This document shows positions 43,286 through 55,731 of a stretch of 64,000 nucleotides of DNA, in pieces. The stretch is from Nannocystis bainbridge. GTDB lineage: Bacteria; Myxococcota_A; Polyangia; Nannocystales; Nannocystaceae. The stretch spans positions 544,001-608,000 of the forward strand of contig NZ_JAQNDL010000003.1 in NCBI RefSeq assembly GCF_028368995.1. The letters run 5' to 3'. The notes under the pieces are model-generated. The model made no database searches. It was given only the letters and a program-made list of their open reading frames with translations, and was not told the DNA's origin. The position numbers and the translations under genes were made by a program. Position 1 is the stretch's first letter. Each line of letters begins with the position of its first letter.

Positions 43286-44770
43286 TCAGCCCGGCACTTC
43301 CAGGGTCTCGCGGAGGATGCCGGCGAGGCAGTTGATCGCGTCCGAGAAGTCGTCGTCGCAGATCGACTCGATGCAGCAGCGGACCTTGTCGTCCTCGTTC
43401 AGCGACTGGCACACGTCGATGACGCGGGTGTTGGGGATCGCCTGGCCGGTGGCGGCGTCGGTGCAGCCGGGCCCGATGCCGAAGTCGTACTCCTTCTGCG
43501 CCGGGCTGTCGGTGTCGCCGGGCAGGATGTCGCCCTGGTTCCACACGCGGTAGACGAGGTCGAGCACGCCGCCGGCGGTCGGCTCGAACGGCGGCTCCGG
43601 GTTGTGCTCGGTCACCTTCGGCACGCCGAGGATGCCGAGCATGATGACGTCCTTCTTCTTCTGCTGGACCAGGTTGGTCTTGAGGTAGCCGATGTAGCGC
43701 GACAGCGGCTGCAGCACGCCCTTGTCCTCGGACATGCAGCTCTCGTAGATGCCGTCGGCGTTGGCGTCGACGCACGACACGCCGGCGTTGAAGCACGTCG
43801 CGCTGGTCGGCTCGTCCTTGACGCCTGGCTGGCCCGGCGTGTCCTCCCAGTACTGGTTGAACATCGGGTCGCTGGCGAGCTGCGGGTCGAAGTACTTGTA
43901 GTCCTTGACCGAGCACTCTGCCTCGTCCGTCAGGACGACGATCGCCAGCACCGCGCCGTCACGCAGGAACGGCTTGTTGCCCTGGTTCCACGGCTTGTTC
44001 GGGTCGAGCGCCTGCAGCATCGTCTCGAGCGGCGCCTCCATGCCGCAGCCGTCGATGCCCTGCGGGCCGATGCACGACAGCGCCTGCGCGACCGGGTCGC
44101 CGCCGTTCGGGTCGGCGTTGAGGATGTTGTCCTGGTCGAGCTGGAAGTTGATGAACGGGTCCGACGGGACCACCGAGCCCTTGCAGCCGTTGTTGCAGGC
44201 CTGCTCGACCTGGACCGGGTTGGCGCCGAGACCAGTGAAGCGGCCGATGCGGTCGACGCACGCGGTGTTGATCGGCGCGCCCTTGGCCGGGTCGTAGTCG
44301 GGCTTCTCGAACGGCGAACACAGCGGGTGACCGAAGTCGGTCGTCGTCACCATGATGTTGATGTTCGCGTTCACCGGCTTCTCGTTCTCGTCGGTGACGT
44401 TGCGCAGCTTGTCGATCAAGTACGGGAAGTTGGCCGCGAGGTTGGTCTGCTCCTCGCCCATCGTCCCCGAGTTGTCGATCACGAACAGCACGTCGAGCAG
44501 GTTGCACGCCGAGTCGGTGCCGCAGCTGCTCGCCGACGAGTCGTCCGGCGGCAGGTCGAACTTCATGCCCCCGGTCGTCGGGTTGACCGAGGTCATGCCC
44601 TCGGTCTCGTCAGGACCGGAGGTGAGCGTCAGGCCACCGGCGATCCCCGTCATCTGATTGGTGGTGACGTTGTCGGTGTCAGCCTTGTTGTCGTCGCCGC
44701 AACCGAAGAGCGCGAGCCCGAGCACGGAGAGGACGGTGAGGCGCTGTAAGTGTGAACGCTGAATGGTCAT
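43286..44770 (-). CDS. Myxobacterial vWA-like Cys-rich lipoprotein
   Basis: Lipobox LFGC. Motifs DVLFVIDNSGTM (MIDAS-like), GCGMEAPLE, FLRDGAVLAIVVLTDE. Confidence 0.82.
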   Translation of the reverse strand: MTIQRSHLQRLTVLSVLGLALFGCGDDNKADTDNVTTNQMTGIAGGLTLTSGPDETEGMTSVNPTTGGMKFDLPPDDSSASSCGTDSACNLLDVLFVIDNSGTMGEEQTNLAANFPYLIDKLRNVTDENEKPVNANINIMVTTTDFGHPLCSPFEKPDYDPAKGAPINTACVDRIGRFTGLGANPVQVEQACNNGCKGSVVPSDPFINFQLDQDNILNADPNGGDPVAQALSCIGPQGIDGCGMEAPLETMLQALDPNKPWNQGNKPFLRDGAVLAIVVLTDEAECSVKDYKYFDPQLASDPMFNQYWEDTPGQPGVKDEPTSATCFNAGVSCVDANADGIYESCMSEDKGVLQPLSRYIGYLKTNLVQQKKKDVIMLGILGVPKVTEHNPEPPFEPTAGGVLDLVYRVWNQGDILPGDTDSPAQKEYDFGIGPGCTDAATGQAIPNTRVIDVCQSLNEDDKVRCCIESICDDDFSDAINCLAGILRETLEVPG

Positions 44771-45029
44771 GTGAGCTCCCTGGCGGGCCGTGCCGCGCGA
44801 GCAGTCCTTCGTGCCACCATCGCACATGCTCGCAGCACAGCGCCACGGAAATTCGTGGCGCTAAGCGTGAGGCATTCCGTCCCCACGTTCGCAAAGATGG
44901 GCGAGAGAACTCACGATTACGTGCGACGCCTTCGCCCTGCGATGACACGGGCGGCAGCACCGCCGGCCATGCACGCGAACTTCGTCGCGCACTGTCCGAG
45001 CGCGCGCGCTGACGCGGGCTCGCGCGCGC

Positions 45030-46499
45030 TCAGAAGGTCGCCTGCAGCTGCAAGCGCACCTGGTCCATCGCGCCAGTGAACGCCGAGCTGTAGAGGCGGA
45101 GATAGTCGAGCTGCAGCTTGAGGAAGTGACGGGCGAAGAACACGTTCACCACGCCGCCCACCTCGGTCTGATCGGGCAAGCTCGTGCCGTGGCGCGCCGC
45201 GATCCCGCGCGAGCCGCCATAGCGCACGCCCAGCTCGAGCGGCGTATACGGGATCAGGTAGCCCGCCTGCGCGAAGTAGCCGATGCCGTTGCGCGCGGCG
45301 ACGGGCGTGAGCGGCTGACCCATGAGATCGACGGCGTTGCCGGGGATCCGCCAGCCGTTCCGCCAAAAGAAGGCGCTGTCGAGCGAGAAACCGGCGATCC
45401 GGAAACTCAGATCGGCGGTCGCGTTGTGGGTGCTGGTCAAGCCGCCGTCGGCCGGGATGGCGCCGGCAAAGCCATGGGTGTCGTGCGGGTCGCGATCGAT
45501 GAAGCCGTAGGCACCGCCGATGAGCATGCGCGGCTTCATGCTGCGGTCGAGGTCCGACTCCTCGAGGTCGTCGTACTGGCCGAACGGCAGCACCTCGAAG
45601 CGGCCGAGGTACATCAGGCCAAAGTTGCTCGGGCCGTACTTGGCGATGCCGTCGCCAAGGTAGACGCCGAGGTAGTAGCGCAGCTTGCCGAGCCCGGCGA
45701 TGTCCTTCGAGCGCAGGTCGAGGCCGATGTCGCGATCGAAGGTGAACTCGTTGTTGGCCAGCGAGCGATCGACGAACTGCAAGCTCGTGATCTTGTTCAT
45801 CCGCTGGTGGTTGTAAGGGACCTTGTACTGACCGACGACGAGGGTGAAGTCGCGGAAGCGGTCGAAGGTGAAGAACCAGTCGAGGATCGGCGAGCGGTGC
45901 GGGACGCCGTCCTTGAACCCGAGCTCGGCCGGCGCGAACGTGAGGGCGATGCGGTACTTGATGTTCTTGGTGAACACGTTGCCGCTCAGCCACACGCGCG
46001 CGCGCCGGAACTGCAGCGTGAGGTCGGTGTGCTCGGCGGGGCCGGGGCCCTGATCGGTGCCGGGCTGGCCGGGCACGTGCAGCACGCTCGCCTGCAGCTG
46101 CATGAAGGCGTTGAAAGCGAGCGAGAAGCGACCGCTGGCGCTGGCGACCTCGAGGCCGACGCCGGGCCGCCACTTGGTGCGGCCGTCAGCGGTGATCGGG
46201 TCCTCCGCCATGCGCGCGGCCTCCCACCGCGGCGCCCACTTCGAGGGCGGGGGCGTCGCGGGTGTGGCGGGCGTCACCTGAGCGGCGGCCCGCGGGGCCG
46301 CAGCCGGGGTCACGACCGGCGTCGCAGCCGGCGCCGGGGCAGCGACGCCCGGGCTCGTCGCGGGCGCGGGGCTCGGCGTCGCGGCCGGCGTCTCAGCGGG
46401 GGCGTCGCTCGCGGGCGGCGGCAGATCCGGCGACGGCGTCGGCTCCCACGGACCGGGAGACGCGAGGGCGACGAGCCCGCAGAGAAGCGTGACGTGCAT
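45030..46499 (-). CDS. Outer-membrane porin (OprO/OprP-like)
   Basis: Pro/Ala-rich N-terminus, motifs FRRARV, GQYKVPY, LQFVDRS, RDIG, C-terminal QLQATF. Confidence 0.8.
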   Translation of the reverse strand: MHVTLLCGLVALASPGPWEPTPSPDLPPPASDAPAETPAATPSPAPATSPGVAAPAPAATPVVTPAAAPRAAAQVTPATPATPPPSKWAPRWEAARMAEDPITADGRTKWRPGVGLEVASASGRFSLAFNAFMQLQASVLHVPGQPGTDQGPGPAEHTDLTLQFRRARVWLSGNVFTKNIKYRIALTFAPAELGFKDGVPHRSPILDWFFTFDRFRDFTLVVGQYKVPYNHQRMNKITSLQFVDRSLANNEFTFDRDIGLDLRSKDIAGLGKLRYYLGVYLGDGIAKYGPSNFGLMYLGRFEVLPFGQYDDLEESDLDRSMKPRMLIGGAYGFIDRDPHDTHGFAGAIPADGGLTSTHNATADLSFRIAGFSLDSAFFWRNGWRIPGNAVDLMGQPLTPVAARNGIGYFAQAGYLIPYTPLELGVRYGGSRGIAARHGTSLPDQTEVGGVVNVFFARHFLKLQLDYLRLYSSAFTGAMDQVRLQLQATF

Positions 46500-46555
46500 G
46501 GCGGCTATGTGCGGGAACAGCCCCCGCGCTGTCCAATGAATGTACTTTCACCGGA

Positions 46556-49192
<2,637 letters not shown>

Positions 49193-49372
49193 GGCGCGCC
49201 GCAACGCTAAGCCGAGCGCGCGCGATTGCCAAGAGAAACCCGCGGCGGCTCCGCGGAGGATCCGCCCGTCCGCGACCTCGGCGTGGACCGGTCGACTGCG
49301 GCGCGGCCCGACGGCCTCCGCGACCGGTCCGGCGACCTGCCTGACGCAGGCGCGGCCCGCCGCGACCGGCGC

Positions 49373-49882
49373 TCAGGGCTCCGGGCAGGGCCCGGAGCGG
49401 GGCGTCACGGCGATCGTCGCACCGGCCTCGACCTGGACCTTCGTCACCAGCGTGACCTCTTCCTTGCCGGGGCCGAAGCAGCGGCCGACGTAGCCGGTGT
49501 CGGTGAGCGCGCGGGCCTCGATGTGCCAGCGCCCGGCCGACCCGACGACCACCCGCATCTCCGCCGAGTTCTGGCTCGCGGGACAGGTGGCGGCGTCGCC
49601 GACCACCTCCTCGTACGGATCGACCTTGATCGTGCACGGGGCCGGCGGCGCCTGCTCGCAGCCGACCTTGGTCGCGCGCAGCGACACCGTGGTCGCGCCG
49701 TTGGTGCCGCACAGGTCGATGACGTCGACCTGCGCCACGATCTCGACCTCGCCCGGCGTCGCCCCGGGCGGGGTCGTCGTCGACCCGCTGCTGCCGCTCT
49801 CGGTGCTCGCGCCGCCGTCGTCGCCGCAGGCCATGACCAGCGCCAACGAACCTGTCCCCAGGAACCTGCTCCAAAGTCTCAT
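49373..49882 (-). CDS. Hypothetical Cys-containing lipoprotein
   Basis: Lipobox VMAC followed by GDD; host-like codon usage. Confidence 0.75.
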   Translation of the reverse strand: MRLWSRFLGTGSLALVMACGDDGGASTESGSSGSTTTPPGATPGEVEIVAQVDVIDLCGTNGATTVSLRATKVGCEQAPPAPCTIKVDPYEEVVGDAATCPASQNSAEMRVVVGSAGRWHIEARALTDTGYVGRCFGPGKEEVTLVTKVQVEAGATIAVTPRSGPCPEP

Positions 49883-49922
49883 CAAAGCTCCGTCTCCGTG
49901 CCCGTGTCGCCGCGCATCCTGT

Positions 49923-49960
49923 TTACATGCCCCATGGGTCATGTCCCCAAGGACATGTCC
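49923..49960. repeat. 14-bp-pitch decamer array (3 units)
   Basis: CATG cores at 49926, 49940, 49954. Confidence 0.85.
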
Positions 49961-50016
49961 TGAAGCATCCTCGGCCCCCGCGCCTCGCCGACCTGTCCCG
50001 AAGTATCATCGCCGGC

Positions 50017-52146
50017 TCACTTGCCCTTGCCCTTGCCGGTGTTGGTCTTCGGCTTGCCCTGCGGCTCGACGTGCTTGTCGCCGCGCGCGCCCTTGCCGGT
50101 GGTCGCCGCGGCCCCGCCCTCGACGGCCTGCTTGCTGGCCTTGAGGACATCCTGCCACACCTTCTTGCGACCGGCCGGCAGCGCCGCGAGGCGGCCCGTC
50201 ACCTCGGCCTCGACCGCCGGCCAGGTCTTGCCCTGGGCCAGCACCGTCGCGAACGCGGCCTCGATCGCCTCCGCGTAGTGCTTCGCCACATCGACCTTCG
50301 CCACCGCGCCGGCCTCGCTGAGCAGCTTGCCGCTGGCGACGAACTTGTTCTTGCAGGCCGCGTCGACCTGGGCCCGCGCCGCCGTGGCCGCCGCGATCTC
50401 GGCGTCGACCTCGGCCAGCCCGGTGCCCGCGTCGCTCGCCGTGGCCGCCAGCGGCAGGCCCGACCACAGGTCGCGCAGCTGCACGACGAGCAGCTGCGCG
50501 TGCTTCTGGCTGGCCCGCAGCGCGTCGCCGAGGTCCGCGTTGGCGTCCGCCTGGGCCTGCGTCTTGCCGGCCGTCATCTGCGCGCACAGTGCAACCTGCG
50601 CGACCGTGAAGCGGCGCAGATCGAGCGCGAGCTGCCGGCCCGCCGCCGCCGCGTCGGCCTGTCCTTCGGGACCGGTCGCCGCCCGCCCGAGCGCCTTGAG
50701 CGGCTCGGCCCCGCGACCCTCCTGGCGCCGGCTGACCTCGAGGTCCGCCTCGACCGCGGCGGCCGTGTAGCCCGCCCCGCCGGCCGCGAGGATCTCGGCC
50801 AGCCGCGCCGGCCCGGCGCTGTAGCCCCCGGCGGCCCCGTCGACCGTCAGCGCCGGCCCCTTGTACTTGCCGGTCTTGGCCTGCAGCGGCTGCTCGGCGG
50901 CCTTGGGCGCCTTGAGCAGCGCGAACGTCACCCGCGTCGGTCCGACGTAGCTGGTCTTCACGCTCTTGCCTGCCAGCGTGAATTTGGTCTTGTCGGTCAG
51001 CTCGCGCCCGCGGATCTCGCCCTCGACGCCCTTGCCTTCGGGACCTGTCCAATAGGACATGGCCTCCACGACAGGCGTCTTGATCACCGCGACCGGCTTC
51101 TTGCTGGCGAACTCGCGGCCCTGCGAGACCGCGACCAGCGGCTGGTCGGTCGGCGCGTCGTCGGGCAGCGTCAGCGTCACCTTCGACTTGCTGGCCGGCG
51201 CCTCGGGCTGCAGACTCACCTGTCCCAAGCGCCAGGTGGTGACCGCGTCGAGGTTCTTGCCGCTGATCTTGAGCGTGCCGGGCGCGCCGACCTCCTTGGG
51301 CACCGTCGTCAGCCCCGGCGTCGGGTGGACCGTGAACGCCACCGCCGAGCCCTTCTTGCGCGCCTCGGCCTTGAGGTCGCCCGACTTGGCGCCCTTGGCG
51401 ATCGTCACCGTCGCCTTGGTCTCGCCCTGCTCGCCGGCCTTGAGCGGCTTGCTGCCGAGCTTGAACTTGGCCGCCTCGAGGTGCGCGCCGGTGAGCGCCA
51501 CGCTGTCGCCCTCGAACGCCGCCGTCGGGCTCACCGCCGTCAGCGCCGGCGCGTAGAAGATCTCGTAGTCCTTCTTCAGCGCCGCCTCGCCGCCGACGCT
51601 CGTCACCGCCAGCGGCCCGGTGGTCCCCGCCGGCGCGGTGAAGCGGAGCGACGTCGCCCCGAGCTCGTCGACCTTCACCGGCGCGCCCGCGAGCGTCAGC
51701 GTCGTCACCCGGTCGAGGTTCTTGCCCTTGAGCGTCACGACCTCGCCGGGCGCCGCGAACTTCGGCGACGCGCTCGTGAGCCCCGGCGCCTTGACGAAGC
51801 CGGTGACCGCCAGCTCGGCGACCTTCTTCTTGGCCCGCTTGAGGAGCAGCTTCTTGGCGCTCTTGGTCTTGAGCGGCACGGTCGCGGAGATCGAGCCGGC
51901 CGTGATCTTCACTTCCTCGAGCGCGATCGCGTCGAGCATGACGACGTCGCCTTCGACGAAGTCCGTGCCGGTGATCGTGATCGTGTCGCCGGCGCCGAAC
52001 TCCGCCGGAGTCACGGCCTGCAGCGTCGGCGCGGCGGAGGCCTCCGCGGGCGTCTGCTCGGCCCGCACCGGCGCCGCGGCGGCGAGCAAGATCGCGACCC
52101 CGATCGCCGCGCCGATCACGTTCGCTCCAGAACCCGACCACGTCAT
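50017..52146 (-). CDS. Exported IPT/TIG-repeat protein with a helical C-terminal domain
   Basis: Signal peptide, then repeated P.L..V.P...G..VTL.G.NL motifs. Lys-rich. Confidence 0.82.
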   Translation of the reverse strand: MTWSGSGANVIGAAIGVAILLAAAAPVRAEQTPAEASAAPTLQAVTPAEFGAGDTITITGTDFVEGDVVMLDAIALEEVKITAGSISATVPLKTKSAKKLLLKRAKKKVAELAVTGFVKAPGLTSASPKFAAPGEVVTLKGKNLDRVTTLTLAGAPVKVDELGATSLRFTAPAGTTGPLAVTSVGGEAALKKDYEIFYAPALTAVSPTAAFEGDSVALTGAHLEAAKFKLGSKPLKAGEQGETKATVTIAKGAKSGDLKAEARKKGSAVAFTVHPTPGLTTVPKEVGAPGTLKISGKNLDAVTTWRLGQVSLQPEAPASKSKVTLTLPDDAPTDQPLVAVSQGREFASKKPVAVIKTPVVEAMSYWTGPEGKGVEGEIRGRELTDKTKFTLAGKSVKTSYVGPTRVTFALLKAPKAAEQPLQAKTGKYKGPALTVDGAAGGYSAGPARLAEILAAGGAGYTAAAVEADLEVSRRQEGRGAEPLKALGRAATGPEGQADAAAAGRQLALDLRRFTVAQVALCAQMTAGKTQAQADANADLGDALRASQKHAQLLVVQLRDLWSGLPLAATASDAGTGLAEVDAEIAAATAARAQVDAACKNKFVASGKLLSEAGAVAKVDVAKHYAEAIEAAFATVLAQGKTWPAVEAEVTGRLAALPAGRKKVWQDVLKASKQAVEGGAAATTGKGARGDKHVEPQGKPKTNTGKGKGK

Positions 52147-52211
52147 GACGCGCACCGGCGAAGATTCGCCCCGCGAGCCGGCGATCGTCAAGGTATCCTC
52201 GCCGGCGCCGT

Positions 52212-55200
52212 ATGCCATCGCGTCGACTGTCGCTGTTCTCCGCCTCGCTCGTGTCCCTCGCGATGATCCCGCTGGCCGGCGCCGCCGAGCCGACCGGCAA
52301 GCACGCTGCCGGCAACAAGACCCTCGGCAAGCCGCTCGCGCGCGTCGTCGCCGCGGATCATCCGGCCGCGCGTCCGCGGCCGCTGAGCCTCGCGCAGGCG
52401 GGCAAGGCCGCCGCCCCGGCGCCGTTCGTGCGGGCCGCGCTGATCGATCTCGCAGCGCGCTCGAGCGAGCCGGCGCGGGTCCGCCTCGATCCCGCGCACG
52501 GCACCTTGCGGCGCTTCGACGGCCGTGTCGCCAACCCGCACGGCCTCGGCGTGCGCGCGTGCGAGGCCCTGCTCGCCGAGCACCGCGACGTGCTCGGCCT
52601 CGCCGCCGCCCCGGGCGCGGCCGATCTCGTGCAGACGCGCGTCATCAATGGCGACGCCGGCGACCTCGCGCTCCACTACGACGTCCGCTTCCGCGGCCTG
52701 CCGGTGTGGGGCGCCGAGGTCCGGGCTCACTTCGACGCCAGCGGCGCCCTCACCTCGATCGCCGCGCAGAACCTCGGCCGCCTCGATCCGCCGCAGCTCG
52801 TCAAGTTCGGGGCCGACGCCGCCCGCGTCCGCGCCCGTCGTGCCAACGGCCCTGACGCCGTCGATCGCCGCGCCGTCGACCTCGGCCCCGCCGAGCTCGG
52901 CGTATGGCCGCAGAGCCACGATCGCGGCGGCGTGCTCGCCTGGCGCCTGCTTCAGACCGTCAGCCTCGCCGAAGGCGGCTATCAACACTTCGAGACCTAC
53001 GTCGACGCCGAGGCCGGCCGCGTGCTCGCTCGCCGCCCGCTCGTCGCCACCGAGACCGTCAACTCGACCACCGGCACCGCCAACGATCACTTCGGCAAGC
53101 AGGTCACCCTGCGACTCTCGCACTACCCGGGCAAGGGCGAGTACGGCCTCTACGACCGCAGCAAGGGCCTCGCCGCCGCCACCTTGCAGACCCTCGACGC
53201 CGGCAACAGCGACCTTCCGGGCAACGCCGCGCTGGCCACCAGCAAGACCAAGACCGCGTGGACGGCCGCCGAGGCGACCGCGCACGCCCACATGCAGAAG
53301 GTCATCGACTACTTCCAGGCCACCCACGCCCGCAACTCGTGGGACGGCAAGGGCGCCGCGGTCGAGCAGCTCATCCACTACGGCCAGGCCTACAACAACG
53401 CCTTTTGGGACCCGTACAACAAGCACATGGCCATCGGCGACGGCGACAAGTTGATCTTCAAGGAGTTCACGCGCTCGCTCGACGTCTCGGCCCACGAGTA
53501 CAGCCACGCCGTCATCACCGGCACCGCCAACCTCGTCTATCAGAACCAGCCGGGCGCGCTCAACGAGAGCTTCGCCGACGTCATGGCGATGATGATCGAC
53601 CGCGACGACTGGGTCCTCGGCGAGGACGTGGTCGGCCCCGGCTTCGGCGCCCCGTTCGCGCGCAGCTTCATCGATCCCAATTTGGGCGGTCAGCCCAAGC
53701 ACATGGAGAAGATCTACAAGGGCACCGACGACTACGGCGGCGTCCACATCAACAGCGGGATCCCCAACCACGCCGCCTACCGCCTCGCCATCGCCCGCAG
53801 CCGCGAGCTCGTCGAGAAGGTCTGGTACCGCACCCTCTACAAGGGCCACATCGGCAGCCAGGCCAGCTTCGTCGACATGGCCCAGGGGACAGTCGCCGCC
53901 TGCAAGGAGCTCATCGCGCTCGGCCAGGCCACCGGCGCCGACTGCACCGCCACCGCCGAGGCGTGGGTCGACGTCGGCGTGCTCGCGGCCAGCGACGTGC
54001 CGAAGGACGGCTGCCCTGACAAGTCGTCCGAGAAGGACGGCCTGTGCTACTGCGACCCCGGCTTCGTCCCCAGCGGCGACGGCACCGCCTGCGTCGCGCT
54101 CGGCGGCGTCGACTGCCCCGCCAACTCGATCGAGGCCAACGGCCTGTGTCTGTGCCAGGACGGCTTCAAGCCCAACCAGGACGGCAGCCAGTGCGTCGCC
54201 GAGCAGAACGGCTGCCCGCTCAACTCCGGCTGGGACGCCGCCAAAAAGAAGTGCGTGTGCGACCCCGGCTTCGAGGGCGCCCCCAACGCGCCTGACGGCA
54301 AGTGCGAGCCTGTCGAGAGCGACTGCCCGGCCGACGCGCACCCCGAGTGGGCCGACCCGATGGACCAGGCCGACTACACCTGCGCCTGCAACGACAACTT
54401 CGAGGACGACGGCAACGGCAACTGCGTCGTCATCGCCGGCACCTGCGGCAACGAGTCGTTCTTCGGCCGCTGCGACGGCGACACCCTCGTCTACTGCCAG
54501 CCCGGCGTGCCCGACGACGAGATCCACGGCATCGACTGCGCCGGCGAGGGCCTCGTGTGCGGCAAGTTCGACTCCGTCGTCGGCTACGACTGCCTCAACC
54601 CTGACGGCAAGGGAGCGGCCGCCACCTGCGACGCTGACGGCTATCAGGAGTGCGGCGCGGGCAACCCGTTCTGCGTGTCCGAGCAGGACGCATCCACCGG
54701 CTTCTGCTCGCACGAGTGCAAGGCCGGCGGCGACTGTGAGAGCGCCTACGACTGCTGCGCCAGCGTCTCCGACGGCACCCGCGCCTGCCTCGTCGATCCG
54801 TACTGCGCCGAGAACATCGACACCAAGGCCACCTGCAAGGACATCCCCGGCGGCAGCACCTTCCACGGCAAGTGCGTCGGCGACGTGCTCGTCTACTGCG
54901 ACGGCTCGACCGGCGTCACCCAGGAGGTCTTCTGCGTCAAGGAGGGCAAGGAGTGCGGCTTCGTCGACAAGGCGACCGGCTACAGCTGCGTCGACCCTGA
55001 CTCGGGCGCCTTGCCGGAGGCGCCGGCCGACTGGTGCCCGCACGAGAAGGACGGCAGCTGCGACGTGCCCGACCTGTGCCCCGAGGGCTCCGACGGCGCC
55101 GACTGCAACGCGTGCGGCGACATCGGCGAGGCCGGCGCCTGCGACGGCGACCTGCTCAAGTTCTGCGACCCCGACGACGGCCTCGTCACCACCGACTGCG

Positions 55201-55472
55201 CCGCCACGCCGACCACCCCGAGCTGCGGCCCGGGCGACGACGGCACGTTCGCCTGCGGCCCCGGCCCCGGCCCCGACGACCCGACCACCGGCGGCCCCGG
55301 CAGCGACAGCGAGGGCTCGGACAGCACCGGCGAGGCCCCCAGCTCCGACACCGCCACCGCCGGCGAGGTCGGCACGATCACCTGCGCCTGCCGCAGCGAC
55401 GCCCCCGTCGACTGGCGCCAGCTGCTGCTCGCCGCCCCGCTGCTGCTCCGCCGGCGCCGCAAGCATGGCTGA
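52212..55472 (+). CDS. M4 (thermolysin-family) metallopeptidase with long Cys-rich EGF-like repeats and a MYXO-CTERM-like tail
   Basis: FTP/PepSY-like prodomain; motifs NNAFW, AHEYSH (HEXXH), GALNESFAD, GGVHINSG. Many CxCxxGF repeats; tail CAC...LLLRRRRK. Confidence 0.92.
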   Translation: MPSRRLSLFSASLVSLAMIPLAGAAEPTGKHAAGNKTLGKPLARVVAADHPAARPRPLSLAQAGKAAAPAPFVRAALIDLAARSSEPARVRLDPAHGTLRRFDGRVANPHGLGVRACEALLAEHRDVLGLAAAPGAADLVQTRVINGDAGDLALHYDVRFRGLPVWGAEVRAHFDASGALTSIAAQNLGRLDPPQLVKFGADAARVRARRANGPDAVDRRAVDLGPAELGVWPQSHDRGGVLAWRLLQTVSLAEGGYQHFETYVDAEAGRVLARRPLVATETVNSTTGTANDHFGKQVTLRLSHYPGKGEYGLYDRSKGLAAATLQTLDAGNSDLPGNAALATSKTKTAWTAAEATAHAHMQKVIDYFQATHARNSWDGKGAAVEQLIHYGQAYNNAFWDPYNKHMAIGDGDKLIFKEFTRSLDVSAHEYSHAVITGTANLVYQNQPGALNESFADVMAMMIDRDDWVLGEDVVGPGFGAPFARSFIDPNLGGQPKHMEKIYKGTDDYGGVHINSGIPNHAAYRLAIARSRELVEKVWYRTLYKGHIGSQASFVDMAQGTVAACKELIALGQATGADCTATAEAWVDVGVLAASDVPKDGCPDKSSEKDGLCYCDPGFVPSGDGTACVALGGVDCPANSIEANGLCLCQDGFKPNQDGSQCVAEQNGCPLNSGWDAAKKKCVCDPGFEGAPNAPDGKCEPVESDCPADAHPEWADPMDQADYTCACNDNFEDDGNGNCVVIAGTCGNESFFGRCDGDTLVYCQPGVPDDEIHGIDCAGEGLVCGKFDSVVGYDCLNPDGKGAAATCDADGYQECGAGNPFCVSEQDASTGFCSHECKAGGDCESAYDCCASVSDGTRACLVDPYCAENIDTKATCKDIPGGSTFHGKCVGDVLVYCDGSTGVTQEVFCVKEGKECGFVDKATGYSCVDPDSGALPEAPADWCPHEKDGSCDVPDLCPEGSDGADCNACGDIGEAGACDGDLLKFCDPDDGLVTTDCAATPTTPSCGPGDDGTFACGPGPGPDDPTTGGPGSDSEGSDSTGEAPSSDTATAGEVGTITCACRSDAPVDWRQLLLAAPLLLRRRRKHG

Positions 55473-55526
55473 AAGAGCATGTCTCTCCGGGCATGCCCTT
55501 CGGGGCATGTCTCCGAGGACATGTAT
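55461..55526. repeat. 14-bp-pitch decamer array (5 units) straddling the M4 peptidase stop
   Basis: CATG cores at 55464, 55478, 55492, 55506, 55520. Confidence 0.92.
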
Positions 55527-55731
55527 CTCTATAAAATCTCCGAAGCGCTGGCCTGCTCCGATGGGGCTGGTCGGTATGGCTACGAGCTCGAGATTCCGTC
55601 AGCCTCGCCCGCCGAAATCATCCGAGGCCGCGAGACCGGGCCCCACGCTCGAGCCCGATGGACATCCCTGCCTTGTCCTGCTCTCCTGTGTGCTCGCCAT
55701 GGCTAAAAACTCGCCGACGAGACACGACCGT

